Assembly (NCBI GenBank): GCA_964593045.1
Contig: CAZQJQ010000006.1
Span: 4,255-44,254, forward strand
DNA: 40,000 nucleotides
Direction: 5' to 3'
Origin: an uncultured Clostridiaceae bacterium
GTDB taxonomy: Bacteria; Bacillota; Clostridia; TANB77; CAG-465
The position numbers and the translations under genes were made by a program. The notes under the pieces are model-generated. The model made no database searches. It saw only the letters and a program-made list of their open reading frames with translations, and was not told the DNA's origin. Below, piece by piece: positions 10,504 through 19,573 of the stretch (position 1 is the stretch's first letter; the number at the start of each line of letters is the position of its first letter).

Positions 10504-10700
10504 GCTATCACCTCTAAACTAAATTTACTATTTTCTATTGCTTTAATTTTGAACATATATAGTATAGCATAAAAATGTGATAATTTAAATATATATTGCA
10601 AATTAATATAAATATTTACAAAATGTTAATTTATATGACATTTGTATTAGTTGTAATTTTTTTAAAAAAGAGATATAATAATATAATTGGAGGGATAGAT

Positions 10701-11777
10701 ATGAAAGATAAAATAAAAGTAGTCCAATATGGATGCGGTAAAATGTCTAAATATACTATGAGATATGTGTATGAAAATGGAGGCGAAATTATAGGAGCAT
10801 TTGATATTGATAAAGATAAAATTGGAAAAGATATATCATATGTAATGGAAACTGAAAATAAAAATGTATTAATATCAGATATATCAAATGCAAAAGAAAT
10901 TTTAAAAACTTTAAAACCAGATATTTGTATCATTACAACTATGAGCCTTATAAAAGATGTATATGATGCATTTAAATTATGTGCACAACTTGGAATAAAT
11001 GCAGTATCAACATGTGAAGAAGCATTTTATCCGTTTAATTCATCACCTAAATTAATAGATGAACTTGATAATCTAGCAAAGAAAAATAATTGTACATTAA
11101 CAGGAAGTGGATATCAAGATGCGTTTTGGGGAAATTTAATTACAACTATAGCAGGAGCAACACACAATATAACAAAAATAAAAGGAAGTTCTAGTTACAA
11201 CGTAGAAGATTATGGACTTGCACTTGCAAAGGTTCATGGTGCAGGACTTAGTTTAGAAGAATTTGCAAAGGATATTGCTGCATCAGATAATATATCAGAG
11301 AATAAAAGGAATGAACTAATACAAAAAGGTGAATTTTTACCTTCATATATGTGGAATACAAACGGATGGCTTGCTTCAAAATTAGGTCTTACAGTTATAT
11401 CACAAGAACAAAAAATGATTCCGCAAACAAGCAAAAGTGAATTGTATTCAGATACACTTAAAATGACAATACAGGCAGGATATGCTACTGGTATGAGTGC
11501 TGTTGTTACAACAAAGACTAAAGAAGGAATTATAATTGAATCAGAATGCGTAGGTAAAGTATATTCAAAAGATGAATTTGATAAAAATGAGTGGACTGTA
11601 TATGGAGAACCAGATACAACAATAACTGTATCAAGACCTTCAACTGTTGAACTTACATGTGCAAGTATTGTAAACAGGATTCCAGATGTTATAAATGCTG
11701 ACCCTGGTTTTATAACAACAGATAAGATGAATAACCTAAAATATCCGGTTAAATCTTTAAATGAATACATAAAATAA
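10701..11777 (+). CDS. DapB-like NAD(P)-binding oxidoreductase (amine dehydrogenase / 2,4-diaminopentanoate dehydrogenase-like family)
   Basis: IKVVQYGCGKMSKY Rossmann-type N-terminus; size and layout resemble the DapB-like amine dehydrogenase family. GGAGGG at 10689-10694 supports ATG 10701 rather than the tracked 10596. Confidence 0.45.
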   Translation: MKDKIKVVQYGCGKMSKYTMRYVYENGGEIIGAFDIDKDKIGKDISYVMETENKNVLISDISNAKEILKTLKPDICIITTMSLIKDVYDAFKLCAQLGINAVSTCEEAFYPFNSSPKLIDELDNLAKKNNCTLTGSGYQDAFWGNLITTIAGATHNITKIKGSSSYNVEDYGLALAKVHGAGLSLEEFAKDIAASDNISENKRNELIQKGEFLPSYMWNTNGWLASKLGLTVISQEQKMIPQTSKSELYSDTLKMTIQAGYATGMSAVVTTKTKEGIIIESECVGKVYSKDEFDKNEWTVYGEPDTTITVSRPSTVELTCASIVNRIPDVINADPGFITTDKMNNLKYPVKSLNEYIK

Positions 11778-11785
11778 AATATAAA

Positions 11786-11825
11786 AAGTGTCTATAAAAT
11801 ATCTAAAATATTAGGCACTTTTTTA
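11786..11825 (+). terminator. Intrinsic terminator
   Basis: AAGTGTCTA (11786-11794) pairs with TAGGCACTT (11812-11820), then a T-run. Confidence 0.6.
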
Positions 11826-11969
11826 GCACTTATGTTAAATATAAATATTTTTATTTTATATGTTTTTATATAATTTTACATATTTTTTTGTATCTTTTTA
11901 TTTAAAATATATAAAAAATATTGAAATAGTAAATAATAAATGATAATATATATTAATAAGAGGTGACAT

Positions 11970-12491
11970 ATGTTTTTAGAGAGATTTTTTCCGACATACA
12001 TGTATAATAAAGTAGAAGATATTCCATTTGAATTACTTAAAAAACTAGATGTAAAAGCAATTTTATTTGATATGGATAATACTCTTATTGATTATAAATA
12101 TAAAATAAGTGATGAGTTAAAGATATGGATAAGTAATTTAAAAGAGAAAAAAATTGATATTATTATTTTAAGTAATACTTTTAGAATTGACAAGACTAAA
12201 GAAATTTCTAAAATACTTGATATACCATATATAATTAATGCAAACAAGCCATGGAGTTTTGGATTTAAAAAAGCAATTAATAGATTAAGTGTTGATAAGA
12301 AAAATAGTATAATGGTAGGAGATCAGATTTTTACTGATATTTATGGTGGAAATAGGTTTGGAATAAAAACGATATTAATTAATCCTGTAAATAAAAAAGA
12401 ATTGTTTTGGACTAGATTAAGAAGACCACTTGAAAGATTTGTTTTAAAAAAATACTATGAAAGGATAAAAGGTAAATTAGATGAAACTTGA
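11970..12491 (+). CDS. yqeG: YqeG-family HAD-IIIA phosphatase
   Basis: ILFDMDNTL motif I, ILSNT motif II, MVGDQIFTDI motif IV, about 170 aa. AGAGGTG SD upstream. Confidence 0.8.
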   Translation: MFLERFFPTYMYNKVEDIPFELLKKLDVKAILFDMDNTLIDYKYKISDELKIWISNLKEKKIDIIILSNTFRIDKTKEISKILDIPYIINANKPWSFGFKKAINRLSVDKKNSIMVGDQIFTDIYGGNRFGIKTILINPVNKKELFWTRLRRPLERFVLKKYYERIKGKLDET

Positions 12492-13218
12492 ATATATCAT
12501 TGCAACAATTATAGCTGTTATACTTGGACAAGTTGTATCACATTTAAATAAGAAACTACCTCCTGTTGTAAAGGAAGAAATAACATATAAAGAATTTTTT
12601 AGCACATTATTTAAAGATTTTAAAATAGATGTAATATATACAATAATATATATATCAGCATTTAATTTTTTAGTATATTATTTGAATTTTAGTTATATGT
12701 CATATACATATATGATTGTACTATTTGCACTTACAATTGTTGTATCTGTAGATATTCGTTTTCAGTTAATACCAGATGAGGTACATATAATACTTATACT
12801 TGTAGGTGTATTTAATTTTATAATAAATATAAATTCATGGTATATGTATATACTTGGAGCTATAGCAGGTGGGCTTGTGTTTTGGCTTTTAGGTCTCTTG
12901 TCAGTACTTATATTTAAAAAAGAAGGAATGGGATTTGGAGATGTAAAATTAATGGCTGCCTTAGGCTTTATATTTGGGCTTAAAGATATCTTAATAATAG
13001 CGTTAGTTTCGTTTTTTGTTGGTGCAATAGTAGGAGGGGCATTACTTATAACAAAAGTAAAAAAAATGGATAGCTATATACCATTTGGTCCTTTTATAGC
13101 AATTGCAACAATAATACTTATGATAGTACCAAGTAATAGTATAATATATGTTTATATATCATTTTGTACATGGCTCGGAAATGTTATGACTGACTTTATA
13201 TATAATATTATGAATTAG
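12481..13218 (+). CDS. A24-family prepilin (type IV leader) peptidase-like aspartic protease, no N-terminal Cys-rich/methyltransferase region seen
   Basis: Polytopic. The two A24 catalytic Asp contexts are SVDIRFQLIPDE and GFGDVKLMAALG. Overlaps yqeG by 11 nt. Confidence 0.7.
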   Translation: MKLEYIIATIIAVILGQVVSHLNKKLPPVVKEEITYKEFFSTLFKDFKIDVIYTIIYISAFNFLVYYLNFSYMSYTYMIVLFALTIVVSVDIRFQLIPDEVHIILILVGVFNFIININSWYMYILGAIAGGLVFWLLGLLSVLIFKKEGMGFGDVKLMAALGFIFGLKDILIIALVSFFVGAIVGGALLITKVKKMDSYIPFGPFIAIATIILMIVPSNSIIYVYISFCTWLGNVMTDFIYNIMN

Positions 13219-13229
13219 AGGTGAATATT

Positions 13230-13400
13230 ATGTCAAAAAAGAAAAGTGAAAATCCTATGATAGACTCACTTAAAAAACTTAGAAATACATGGCCTGAAGG
13301 AATAAGTCCTGTAACTAAAGTTATTCCCGATAAAAAAAAGGAATCAAAGAAAATAAGAAATGAGAAACACAAAGATAAAGGATATTATAATGAAAGATAA
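13230..13400 (+). CDS. Small basic hypothetical protein (56 aa), below the ORF-track cutoff
   Basis: AGAGGTGA SD at 13217-13224, ATG 13230. Translation MSKKKSENPMIDSLKKLRNTWPEGISPVTKVIPDKKKESKKIRNEKHKDKGYYNER. Confidence 0.3.
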   Translation: MSKKKSENPMIDSLKKLRNTWPEGISPVTKVIPDKKKESKKIRNEKHKDKGYYNER

Positions 13401-13413
13401 GAAGATGATTAAA

Positions 13414-14664
13414 ATGAATAAAATTGAATTATTGGCACCAGCAGGAAGTTTTGAAAAAGCTAAGATTGCTTTTTTATATGGAGCTGATGCTGTATATGCA
13501 GGTACATCAAAGTTATCTCTTAGAACAAGAGCAGAGATGAATTCGGATACCTTAGAAGATACTGTAAAATATGCTCATAGTATAGGTAAAAGAGTATATG
13601 TTGCAATAAATATATATGCCGGTGATAGTGATTATGATGAGATAGAAAAAGAAATAAAAAGATTAAGTGAAATTAGTGTTGATGGTATTATAGCAAGTGA
13701 TGTTGGTATAATAGAGAAAATAAAAGAAATTGCACCAAATATAGATATACATATTAGTACTCAGGCTAATGTTGTAAGTTTGCAGTCTGCCAGATTTTGG
13801 TATAATTATGGAGCCAAAAGGGTAATACTTGCAAGAGAACTTACAAAAGAAAAAATACAATATATAATGGAAAATAAGCCAAAAGATTTAGAGATTGAAA
13901 TGTTTATACACGGAGCAATATGTTATGCGTATTCAGGAAGATGTTATCTTAGTAAATATTTATCAGATAGATGCGCAAATTTAGGAGATTGTAGTCAACC
14001 TTGTAGGTGGGCATATAATATATATGCAGAAGAAGTAAACAGACCGGAAAGTAGAATAAATATAGATTATGATGAAAAAGGAACATATATATTTTCATCA
14101 AAAGATCTTTGCCTTGTAAACCAAATACCTAGTATAATAGATATGGGAGTTGATAGCTTAAAGATTGAGGGTAGACTTAAAACGGACTATTATTTAGCTA
14201 CAATAGTAAGAACATATAGGAAAGCAATAGATGATTATATTAAGTTAAAAGAAGATTTTAATAAAGAAAAATATAACACTAAAGATTATTTAGAAGAGTT
14301 AGAAAAAGTGAGAACAAGAGGAATTTCAGAATTCTATTTTTCTGATTCAAACAATCAAGATATACATGATTTTGATGGTAAAAATGCTAATTTAGAATAT
14401 GAATACGGTGCAAAAGTAATATCACAAGATAAAGATACTAAAATAGCAATAGTAGAAATAAGAAATAAGTTGAGTATAGGAGATGAGTTGGAAGTACTGA
14501 TACCAAATACAATAGAATCATTTTGTTTTAAAATACAAGAACTGTATGATATAAAAACAAATGAAAAGATTGATAGTATAAATCCAGGTAAAAAAGGACA
14601 GTTAGTAAAAATAATGATACCAACAGAAGTTTTTGAAAATTATATAATAAGAAGAAAAAAATAA
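13414..14664 (+). CDS. Peptidase U32 family protein (collagenase-like / RNA hydroxylation-associated family)
   Basis: MNKIELLAPAGSFEKAKIAFLYGADAVYAG is the canonical U32 N-terminus. Cys cluster CYAYSGRCYLS..C..GDCSQPCRW. Start uncertain (in-frame ATGs at 13390, 13405, 13414). Confidence 0.85.
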   Translation: MNKIELLAPAGSFEKAKIAFLYGADAVYAGTSKLSLRTRAEMNSDTLEDTVKYAHSIGKRVYVAINIYAGDSDYDEIEKEIKRLSEISVDGIIASDVGIIEKIKEIAPNIDIHISTQANVVSLQSARFWYNYGAKRVILARELTKEKIQYIMENKPKDLEIEMFIHGAICYAYSGRCYLSKYLSDRCANLGDCSQPCRWAYNIYAEEVNRPESRINIDYDEKGTYIFSSKDLCLVNQIPSIIDMGVDSLKIEGRLKTDYYLATIVRTYRKAIDDYIKLKEDFNKEKYNTKDYLEELEKVRTRGISEFYFSDSNNQDIHDFDGKNANLEYEYGAKVISQDKDTKIAIVEIRNKLSIGDELEVLIPNTIESFCFKIQELYDIKTNEKIDSINPGKKGQLVKIMIPTEVFENYIIRRKK

Positions 14665-14689
14665 GTATAAAAAATAATATATAAAGATT

Positions 14690-14717
14690 AGAGAAGGGAG
14701 AAAACACCTTCTCTTTT
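14690..14717 (+). terminator. Intrinsic terminator after the U32 gene
   Basis: AGAGAAGG (14690-14697) pairs with CCTTCTCT (14707-14714), followed by TTT. Confidence 0.65.
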
Positions 14718-14887
14718 GCATAGCTTTGTAAACGGTATAAACTTTTATGAAAATTAATAAAAGATAAAAGGTAAGTTTGAATAATATAAATATGATATAG
14801 CAATAATTGAAGAATATATAAAATTTAACAAATAAATATAATATTCATATAATAGTAGTGTGATAAAATAAAGAACAGGAGGTAAAT

Positions 14888-15523
14888 ATGAATAATCATT
14901 ATCCTTTTAAATTATTACCATTACCTTATGAATACAATGCTTTAGAACCGTATATAGATGAAGAAACTATGAGAATACATCATAATAAACATGTAGGGAC
15001 ATATGTTGAAAATTTAAATAAAGCATTAGAAAAATATCCCAGTTACCATAGTTGGTTTTTAGACAAATTGCTATTTAACATTGCATCATTACCAGAAGAA
15101 ATACAAAGTGCAGTAAAAAATAATGCTGGTGGTGTCTTCAATCACAATTTGTATTTTAGTATTTTAGAACCGAGTAAAACACAGTACATAGATGGTAATT
15201 ATATAAGAGCAATAATAAGAGAATATGGTTCATATGAAAATTTCTTAAATGAATTTAAGAAAAAAGCTTTAAGTGTCTTTGGATCTGGATATGCCTATGT
15301 TGTACTTAATAGAAATGGAAATATACAGATAATAACAACTAAAAATCAAGATACTCCTCTTGAGTTAAATATGTATCCGTTAATTCCTTTAGATGTATGG
15401 GAGCACGCATACTATTTAAAGCATCAAAATAGAAGAGCTGACTACATAGATGACTTTTTCAGCGTAATAAATTTGCATAATGTAGAAAATGCATATAATA
15501 ATTTTTTTAGATATATGAGATAA
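14888..15523 (+). CDS. sodA: Fe/Mn superoxide dismutase
   Basis: HHNKHVGTYV, FNHNLYF and DVWEHAYYL metal-ligand motifs. AGGAGG SD. Confidence 0.9.
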   Translation: MNNHYPFKLLPLPYEYNALEPYIDEETMRIHHNKHVGTYVENLNKALEKYPSYHSWFLDKLLFNIASLPEEIQSAVKNNAGGVFNHNLYFSILEPSKTQYIDGNYIRAIIREYGSYENFLNEFKKKALSVFGSGYAYVVLNRNGNIQIITTKNQDTPLELNMYPLIPLDVWEHAYYLKHQNRRADYIDDFFSVINLHNVENAYNNFFRYMR

Positions 15524-15606
15524 AAAATATATTTATTAAGTTTATATAAGACATGCAAAAACAGTCAAATCATAGCATATCATTAATTAGTTAATGGAGG
15601 GATGTT

Positions 15607-16302
15607 ATGATTTTTTCTTTTTTTACAAATATATTATCATATATTTTTTGCTTATTTGGTTATATTTCAACTAATAAGCTTTTCCCAGAGCCACTTAGCA
15701 AAACAGAAGAAGAATATTATCTGAAAAAATATTTTGAGGGAGATAAAGAGGCAAGAACAAAGCTTATAGAACACAATTTAAGATTAGTGGCTCATATAGC
15801 AAAAAAATATACATCAAAAGAACAGGAACTAGAAGAATTAATATCTATTGGTTCTATAGGACTTATAAAAGCAATAAACAGTTTTAGTAGTGATAAAGGC
15901 TTTAAGATAAGTACATATGCATCTAGATGTATTGAAAATGAAATATTAATGAATATAAGAGCGGGTAAAAAACAACAAGCCGAAGTATCTATTAATACTA
16001 TTATTGGTACAGATAAAGATGGCAATGATATGGAATTAGGAGATATTTTAGATGCTGAAGAAAAAGATGCAATAGAAACAATATATAATAAGGTTATAAC
16101 TAAACAAATGATAGACTATGTGAAAACTAAATTGCCGGAAAGAGAAAAGACAATTATGAATTTAAGATATGGTATTGATGGTAGTATTCCAAAAACACAG
16201 CAAGAGATAGCTGATATGCTGGGAATATCAAGAAGCTATGTATCTAGAATTGAAACAAAAATTCAAAACAAATTAAGAAAATTTGTAAAATATGAAAATT
16301 AA
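15607..16302 (+). CDS. sigK: Sporulation sigma factor SigK (pro-sigma-K), uninterrupted
   Basis: Hydrophobic pro-sequence, then FPEPLSKTEEEYYLKKYFEGDKEARTKLIEHNLRLVAHIAKKY (SigK-type region 2). Region 4 is QQEIADMLGISRSYVSRIE. GGAGGG SD. Confidence 0.85.
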   Translation: MIFSFFTNILSYIFCLFGYISTNKLFPEPLSKTEEEYYLKKYFEGDKEARTKLIEHNLRLVAHIAKKYTSKEQELEELISIGSIGLIKAINSFSSDKGFKISTYASRCIENEILMNIRAGKKQQAEVSINTIIGTDKDGNDMELGDILDAEEKDAIETIYNKVITKQMIDYVKTKLPEREKTIMNLRYGIDGSIPKTQQEIADMLGISRSYVSRIETKIQNKLRKFVKYEN

Positions 16303-16359
16303 ATAAAATATTTTTAAAATTTACATAATATAAAATTTAATTTTACAAATAATAATAAT

Positions 16360-16707
16360 ATGATATATATAATTGGTTTTATAGTTGGTTTGTTAAATGG
16401 ATTATTTACTGCTGGTGCAGGTCAAATACTTGTTTTTTATTTTTTATATATTCTTAAAATTGAAGCACATTTATCAAGAAGTATAAGTGTAGCAATTTTA
16501 TCTGTTTCTTCACTTATAGCAATTTTTGGATATTCTAAATTTATTGATTTTGAGATAAAACAAGTTTTTTTAATAATTGTAATATCAATAATTACAGGTA
16601 TCATAGGTTCTAAACTTATGAAAAAAATAGAATCTAATATATTAAATTTATTATCTGGGGGAATAATAGTAGTACTTACACTAATTCAATTTTTTGTAAA
16701 AAGGTAG
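16360..16707 (+). CDS. Half-size (about 4-TM) TSUP/TauE-SafE-like membrane protein
   Basis: 115 aa. GxxxGxxxG / AGAGQ glycine-rich first helix typical of TSUP repeats. No clear SD, so the start is uncertain. Confidence 0.4.
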   Translation: MIYIIGFIVGLLNGLFTAGAGQILVFYFLYILKIEAHLSRSISVAILSVSSLIAIFGYSKFIDFEIKQVFLIIVISIITGIIGSKLMKKIESNILNLLSGGIIVVLTLIQFFVKR

Positions 16708-16722
16708 TAAAGGAATTGTGAG

Positions 16723-17109
16723 ATGAATACAATTATATATATTGTTATATTAATTATATCAGGAATAATTGCAGCAGCCGGTATTGGCGGAGGAAGTATA
16801 TATATTATGCTTTCTACTTTGCTTTTGTCAATGGAACAAAAACAAGCTCAAGGATATAACTTAATAATGTTTGTTGTTGTAGGGATTGCAGCAACAATAC
16901 AAAATATTTTAAGTAAAAATTTTGATAAAAAAATTTTTTTAAAACTTATCTTTTTTGTTATCATAGGATGTATTATTGGAATATATATAGCATATAAGAT
17001 TGATGAGGAAAATATTCGCAATTTTTTTTATATTTTTATGTTATTTATTGGTTTTTATGAAATAATTTCAAGTATAATAAATATAGTAAAGGCAAAAAAT
17101 AATAAGTGA
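16723..17109 (+). CDS. Half-size (about 4-TM) TSUP/TauE-SafE-like membrane protein
   Basis: 128 aa. AAAGIGGGSIYIMLS matches the TSUP GxGGG motif. Sits 15 nt after the previous half. Confidence 0.45.
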   Translation: MNTIIYIVILIISGIIAAAGIGGGSIYIMLSTLLLSMEQKQAQGYNLIMFVVVGIAATIQNILSKNFDKKIFLKLIFFVIIGCIIGIYIAYKIDEENIRNFFYIFMLFIGFYEIISSIINIVKAKNNK

Positions 17110-17123
17110 AAGGAGTTGATCTT

Positions 17124-17258
17124 ATGAATTTTGTTAAAGGAGCTATGCTTGGAATAGTTGCAGGAACAATAGTTGGAGTTATGAATAGTGAAACTATATC
17201 ATATGCTTTTAAAAAGGGAACAAAAACTTTTAAAAAATATGCAAAGCATATGAGATAA
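17124..17258 (+). CDS. Small membrane protein (44 aa), below the ORF-track cutoff
   Basis: AGGAG at 17111-17115, ATG 17124. Translation MNFVKGAMLGIVAGTIVGVMNSETISYAFKKGTKTFKKYAKHMR (one glycine-rich helix plus a basic tail). Confidence 0.35.
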   Translation: MNFVKGAMLGIVAGTIVGVMNSETISYAFKKGTKTFKKYAKHMR

Positions 17259-17285
17259 CATAGATTTAAAAATAATATTATTTTT

Positions 17286-17330
17286 AGCTGCTATAAAATA
17301 TTAATTGATATTTTATTTGGCAGCCTTTTT
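17286..17330 (+). terminator. Intrinsic terminator separating the sigK-side genes from the 17.4-kb cluster
   Basis: AGCTGCTATAAAATA (17286-17300) pairs imperfectly with TATTTTATTTGGCAGC (about 17309-17324), then TTTTT. Confidence 0.5.
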
Positions 17331-17445
17331 ATTAAATAAAACGAATAAAAAAGAAATTTACAGATATTGTTATATACCTATTGCTATTTTTATACTTATA
17401 TAGTAAAATATTATATATTAGATGTAAATAAAAGAGGAGATAATT

Positions 17446-17766
17446 ATGGTATATAAAAAATCAACAATAATATCAATAATAGTCGCAATATGTGCATGTT
17501 TAATTTCAAATGTAGTTTTTGCTGCAACAGATGTTGTATCAAATGATAAGATATTTGATACAGGAATGCAAGTTTTAATATTTATACAGAAATATTCATG
17601 GCCAGTTGTTACACTTGTATTTATATATGCTTTATATAAATTTTATGTTGCTGGTTCAGAGCTTTTAGAACAAAAAATTTCTGGTCAAAAACTTATTGTT
17701 GGTATTGCAATATTTATGGCACTTGTTCAAACAATGCCATTAATATATGCGTTTTTTATAATATAA
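17446..17766 (+). CDS. Exported small membrane protein, TrbC/VirB2-like architecture (signal peptide plus two TM helices)
   Basis: Sec signal ending VVFA/AT, then two hydrophobic helices separated by a short polar loop (AGSELLEQKISGQK). 106 aa. AGAGGAG SD. Confidence 0.4.
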   Translation: MVYKKSTIISIIVAICACLISNVVFAATDVVSNDKIFDTGMQVLIFIQKYSWPVVTLVFIYALYKFYVAGSELLEQKISGQKLIVGIAIFMALVQTMPLIYAFFII

Positions 17767-17794
17767 CATATTATTTAAGAAGAGGTGAAATAAA

Positions 17795-19558
17795 GTGAAA
17801 GTATTATTTGGTATAAATAATGATGATACAGTAAAAGGTATAATAGAGTTTTACGAAGCAAAATTTAATGAAAAAATAGAGTATAAGAATGTATATTATT
17901 TTAAGCAATTATGTACAGAACTTGCAACTGGTGAATATAATAGAGCTGTTGTATTAGAAGAATTAGAAAAATATCCAACTAATAATTATGCACAAATAGA
18001 TGAATATTTGTTTAAAAATATAGATGCAATGACTGATTCTTTTGATTCAAAAGATATCGTATATATAGCATCAGATAGAAGAAAGTTAGGGGATCCTTTT
18101 TTAACAAAATTGTTTAATCTTGGAATATATACTGTACTTACCGGACAAGATAGAACAAAAGGAAAAGTATGTAATGGCATACATTCTCCTTTCTTAAAAA
18201 AAGATGTTAAAAAATATTATGATAAAGAGGCAGTATCTGAAAATGTGTACAATGAAGATGAAGTTTCTGAGATAGAGATACAAAGAATAGTATCATATTA
18301 CAAGAATCAAAATGGTGTAGCAGATAAATATAATGAAATTTTTGATAGGGTTTCATCACAGTATACAGATGAACAATTAAAGGTAATTGTAAATTTTTTT
18401 CCTGATGATGTTAAGCAATATTTATCTTTTAATAACGAAAAGTATAAACAAATTGCAAGTATGGCTGGTGTTGTAACACCACCTATGCAAAGTCCAATGG
18501 TCGAAGAAACACAGGAAAAAGAAGTATTGTCTAATTTACATGATGCAAATGCAGTTAAAATACAAAAAGAGCCAGAAATGGCAGAGAGAATTGTAGTTAG
18601 ACCTCAACCTTCTCCTAATATAACTGCTCCGGTAGTAACAGAGGTTATGGAAAAAGAAGTTGTTAGATCTGTATATGAAGTTCCAAAAGACTATAAAAAA
18701 GTAGTATGTCTTGTTGGTGCTCCAAAAGTTGGAACTACTTTTTGTATTAATGCAATAGGAACATTTTTAACAAGACATAAGGTTAAAACCGCAATAGTAG
18801 ATGTAACAAGAAAAAGAGATACATTTACGATGTATACTTATGATAATGAAGGTAAAAGAGCAATAGCAGCCGAGAGTATAAAATATGCATCAAATGGATT
18901 AAATGAACCTCTTGTATATGAGAAATTGAGCGTATATACAGCAATGCCTGGAGAAGATAGAAGAACTTATAATGCAAATAAAATAATTGAAACAGTAATG
19001 CAAAATAACACTGTAGTTTTAGTAGATGCAGATTTCACTACACCTCCTGATTTTTTTAGGTTATGCCAAAATATATATATTGTTCAAGATATGGATATTA
19101 TAAATCTTCAACAAGTAACAATGTTTATACGTGAGTTGAAATCTCGTGGGGTTCCAATGAATAAAATAAAACTAATAGTAAATAAGCATGTAAAATGTGC
19201 TCTTACAACAAGACACATTATTGATGGAATAGTAACATATACTAGTTATGATCTTAAGATGTATACTGACTTGCTTTCTGCTAGTTCATTAGAAACATAT
19301 GTAATTCCTTTTGATCAAGAAAATTATAGGAAATATGTTGAAATGGTATATAAATACTCAAATCAATTCAATACATTTACAGAAGATTTTAAAAAAGCAA
19401 TAGGTAATCTTATAAACGATATATATCCAATAGGCACATTAACTAGTACATCTACTAGAATAAATAATAAAAAAAATAATGCCTTTAAACCTAAAAAACC
19501 AATAAATATGCCATATAGTGAAATGAGTGATGATGGATACGAAAAAGAAACTAGATAG
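17795..19558 (+). CDS. TadZ/CpaE-like protein: N-terminal pseudo-receiver domain, long linker, C-terminal MinD/ParA-fold domain with an atypical P-loop
   Basis: GTG start after AGAGGTGA. KVLFGINNDD...AVVLEELE has a receiver-like layout without the phospho-Asp. VVCLVGAPKVGTTF is a P-loop lacking the GK[ST] lysine. VVLVDADF is a Walker B. Confidence 0.5.
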   Translation: MKVLFGINNDDTVKGIIEFYEAKFNEKIEYKNVYYFKQLCTELATGEYNRAVVLEELEKYPTNNYAQIDEYLFKNIDAMTDSFDSKDIVYIASDRRKLGDPFLTKLFNLGIYTVLTGQDRTKGKVCNGIHSPFLKKDVKKYYDKEAVSENVYNEDEVSEIEIQRIVSYYKNQNGVADKYNEIFDRVSSQYTDEQLKVIVNFFPDDVKQYLSFNNEKYKQIASMAGVVTPPMQSPMVEETQEKEVLSNLHDANAVKIQKEPEMAERIVVRPQPSPNITAPVVTEVMEKEVVRSVYEVPKDYKKVVCLVGAPKVGTTFCINAIGTFLTRHKVKTAIVDVTRKRDTFTMYTYDNEGKRAIAAESIKYASNGLNEPLVYEKLSVYTAMPGEDRRTYNANKIIETVMQNNTVVLVDADFTTPPDFFRLCQNIYIVQDMDIINLQQVTMFIRELKSRGVPMNKIKLIVNKHVKCALTTRHIIDGIVTYTSYDLKMYTDLLSASSLETYVIPFDQENYRKYVEMVYKYSNQFNTFTEDFKKAIGNLINDIYPIGTLTSTSTRINNKKNNAFKPKKPINMPYSEMSDDGYEKETR

Positions 19559-19573
19559 AGGTGAAAATAATAG

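Noticed and set aside
11234-11770. 178-aa ORF on the minus strand
   Set aside because: It lies entirely antisense to the well-supported DapB-like gene, has no SD and has a shadow-frame composition (S/F/I/V-rich). The other antisense track ORFs are the same kind: 63-347, 4014-4205, 5492-5767, 6050-6256, 6638-7048, 8156-8410, 10631-10933, 13663-13860, 14528-14803, 15792-16025, 17986-18180, 19953-20153, 20996-21253, 21335-21616, 21523-21708, 22707-22907, 23787-23987, 24559-24882, 29455-29733, 29794-29991, 30665-30856, 33095-33337, 33479-33676 and 36343-36540.
15607-16302. Checked sigK for a skin-type intervening element or split gene
   Set aside because: The ORF is continuous from the pro-sequence through region 4, with no recombinase nearby. 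It is an ordinary intact sigK.
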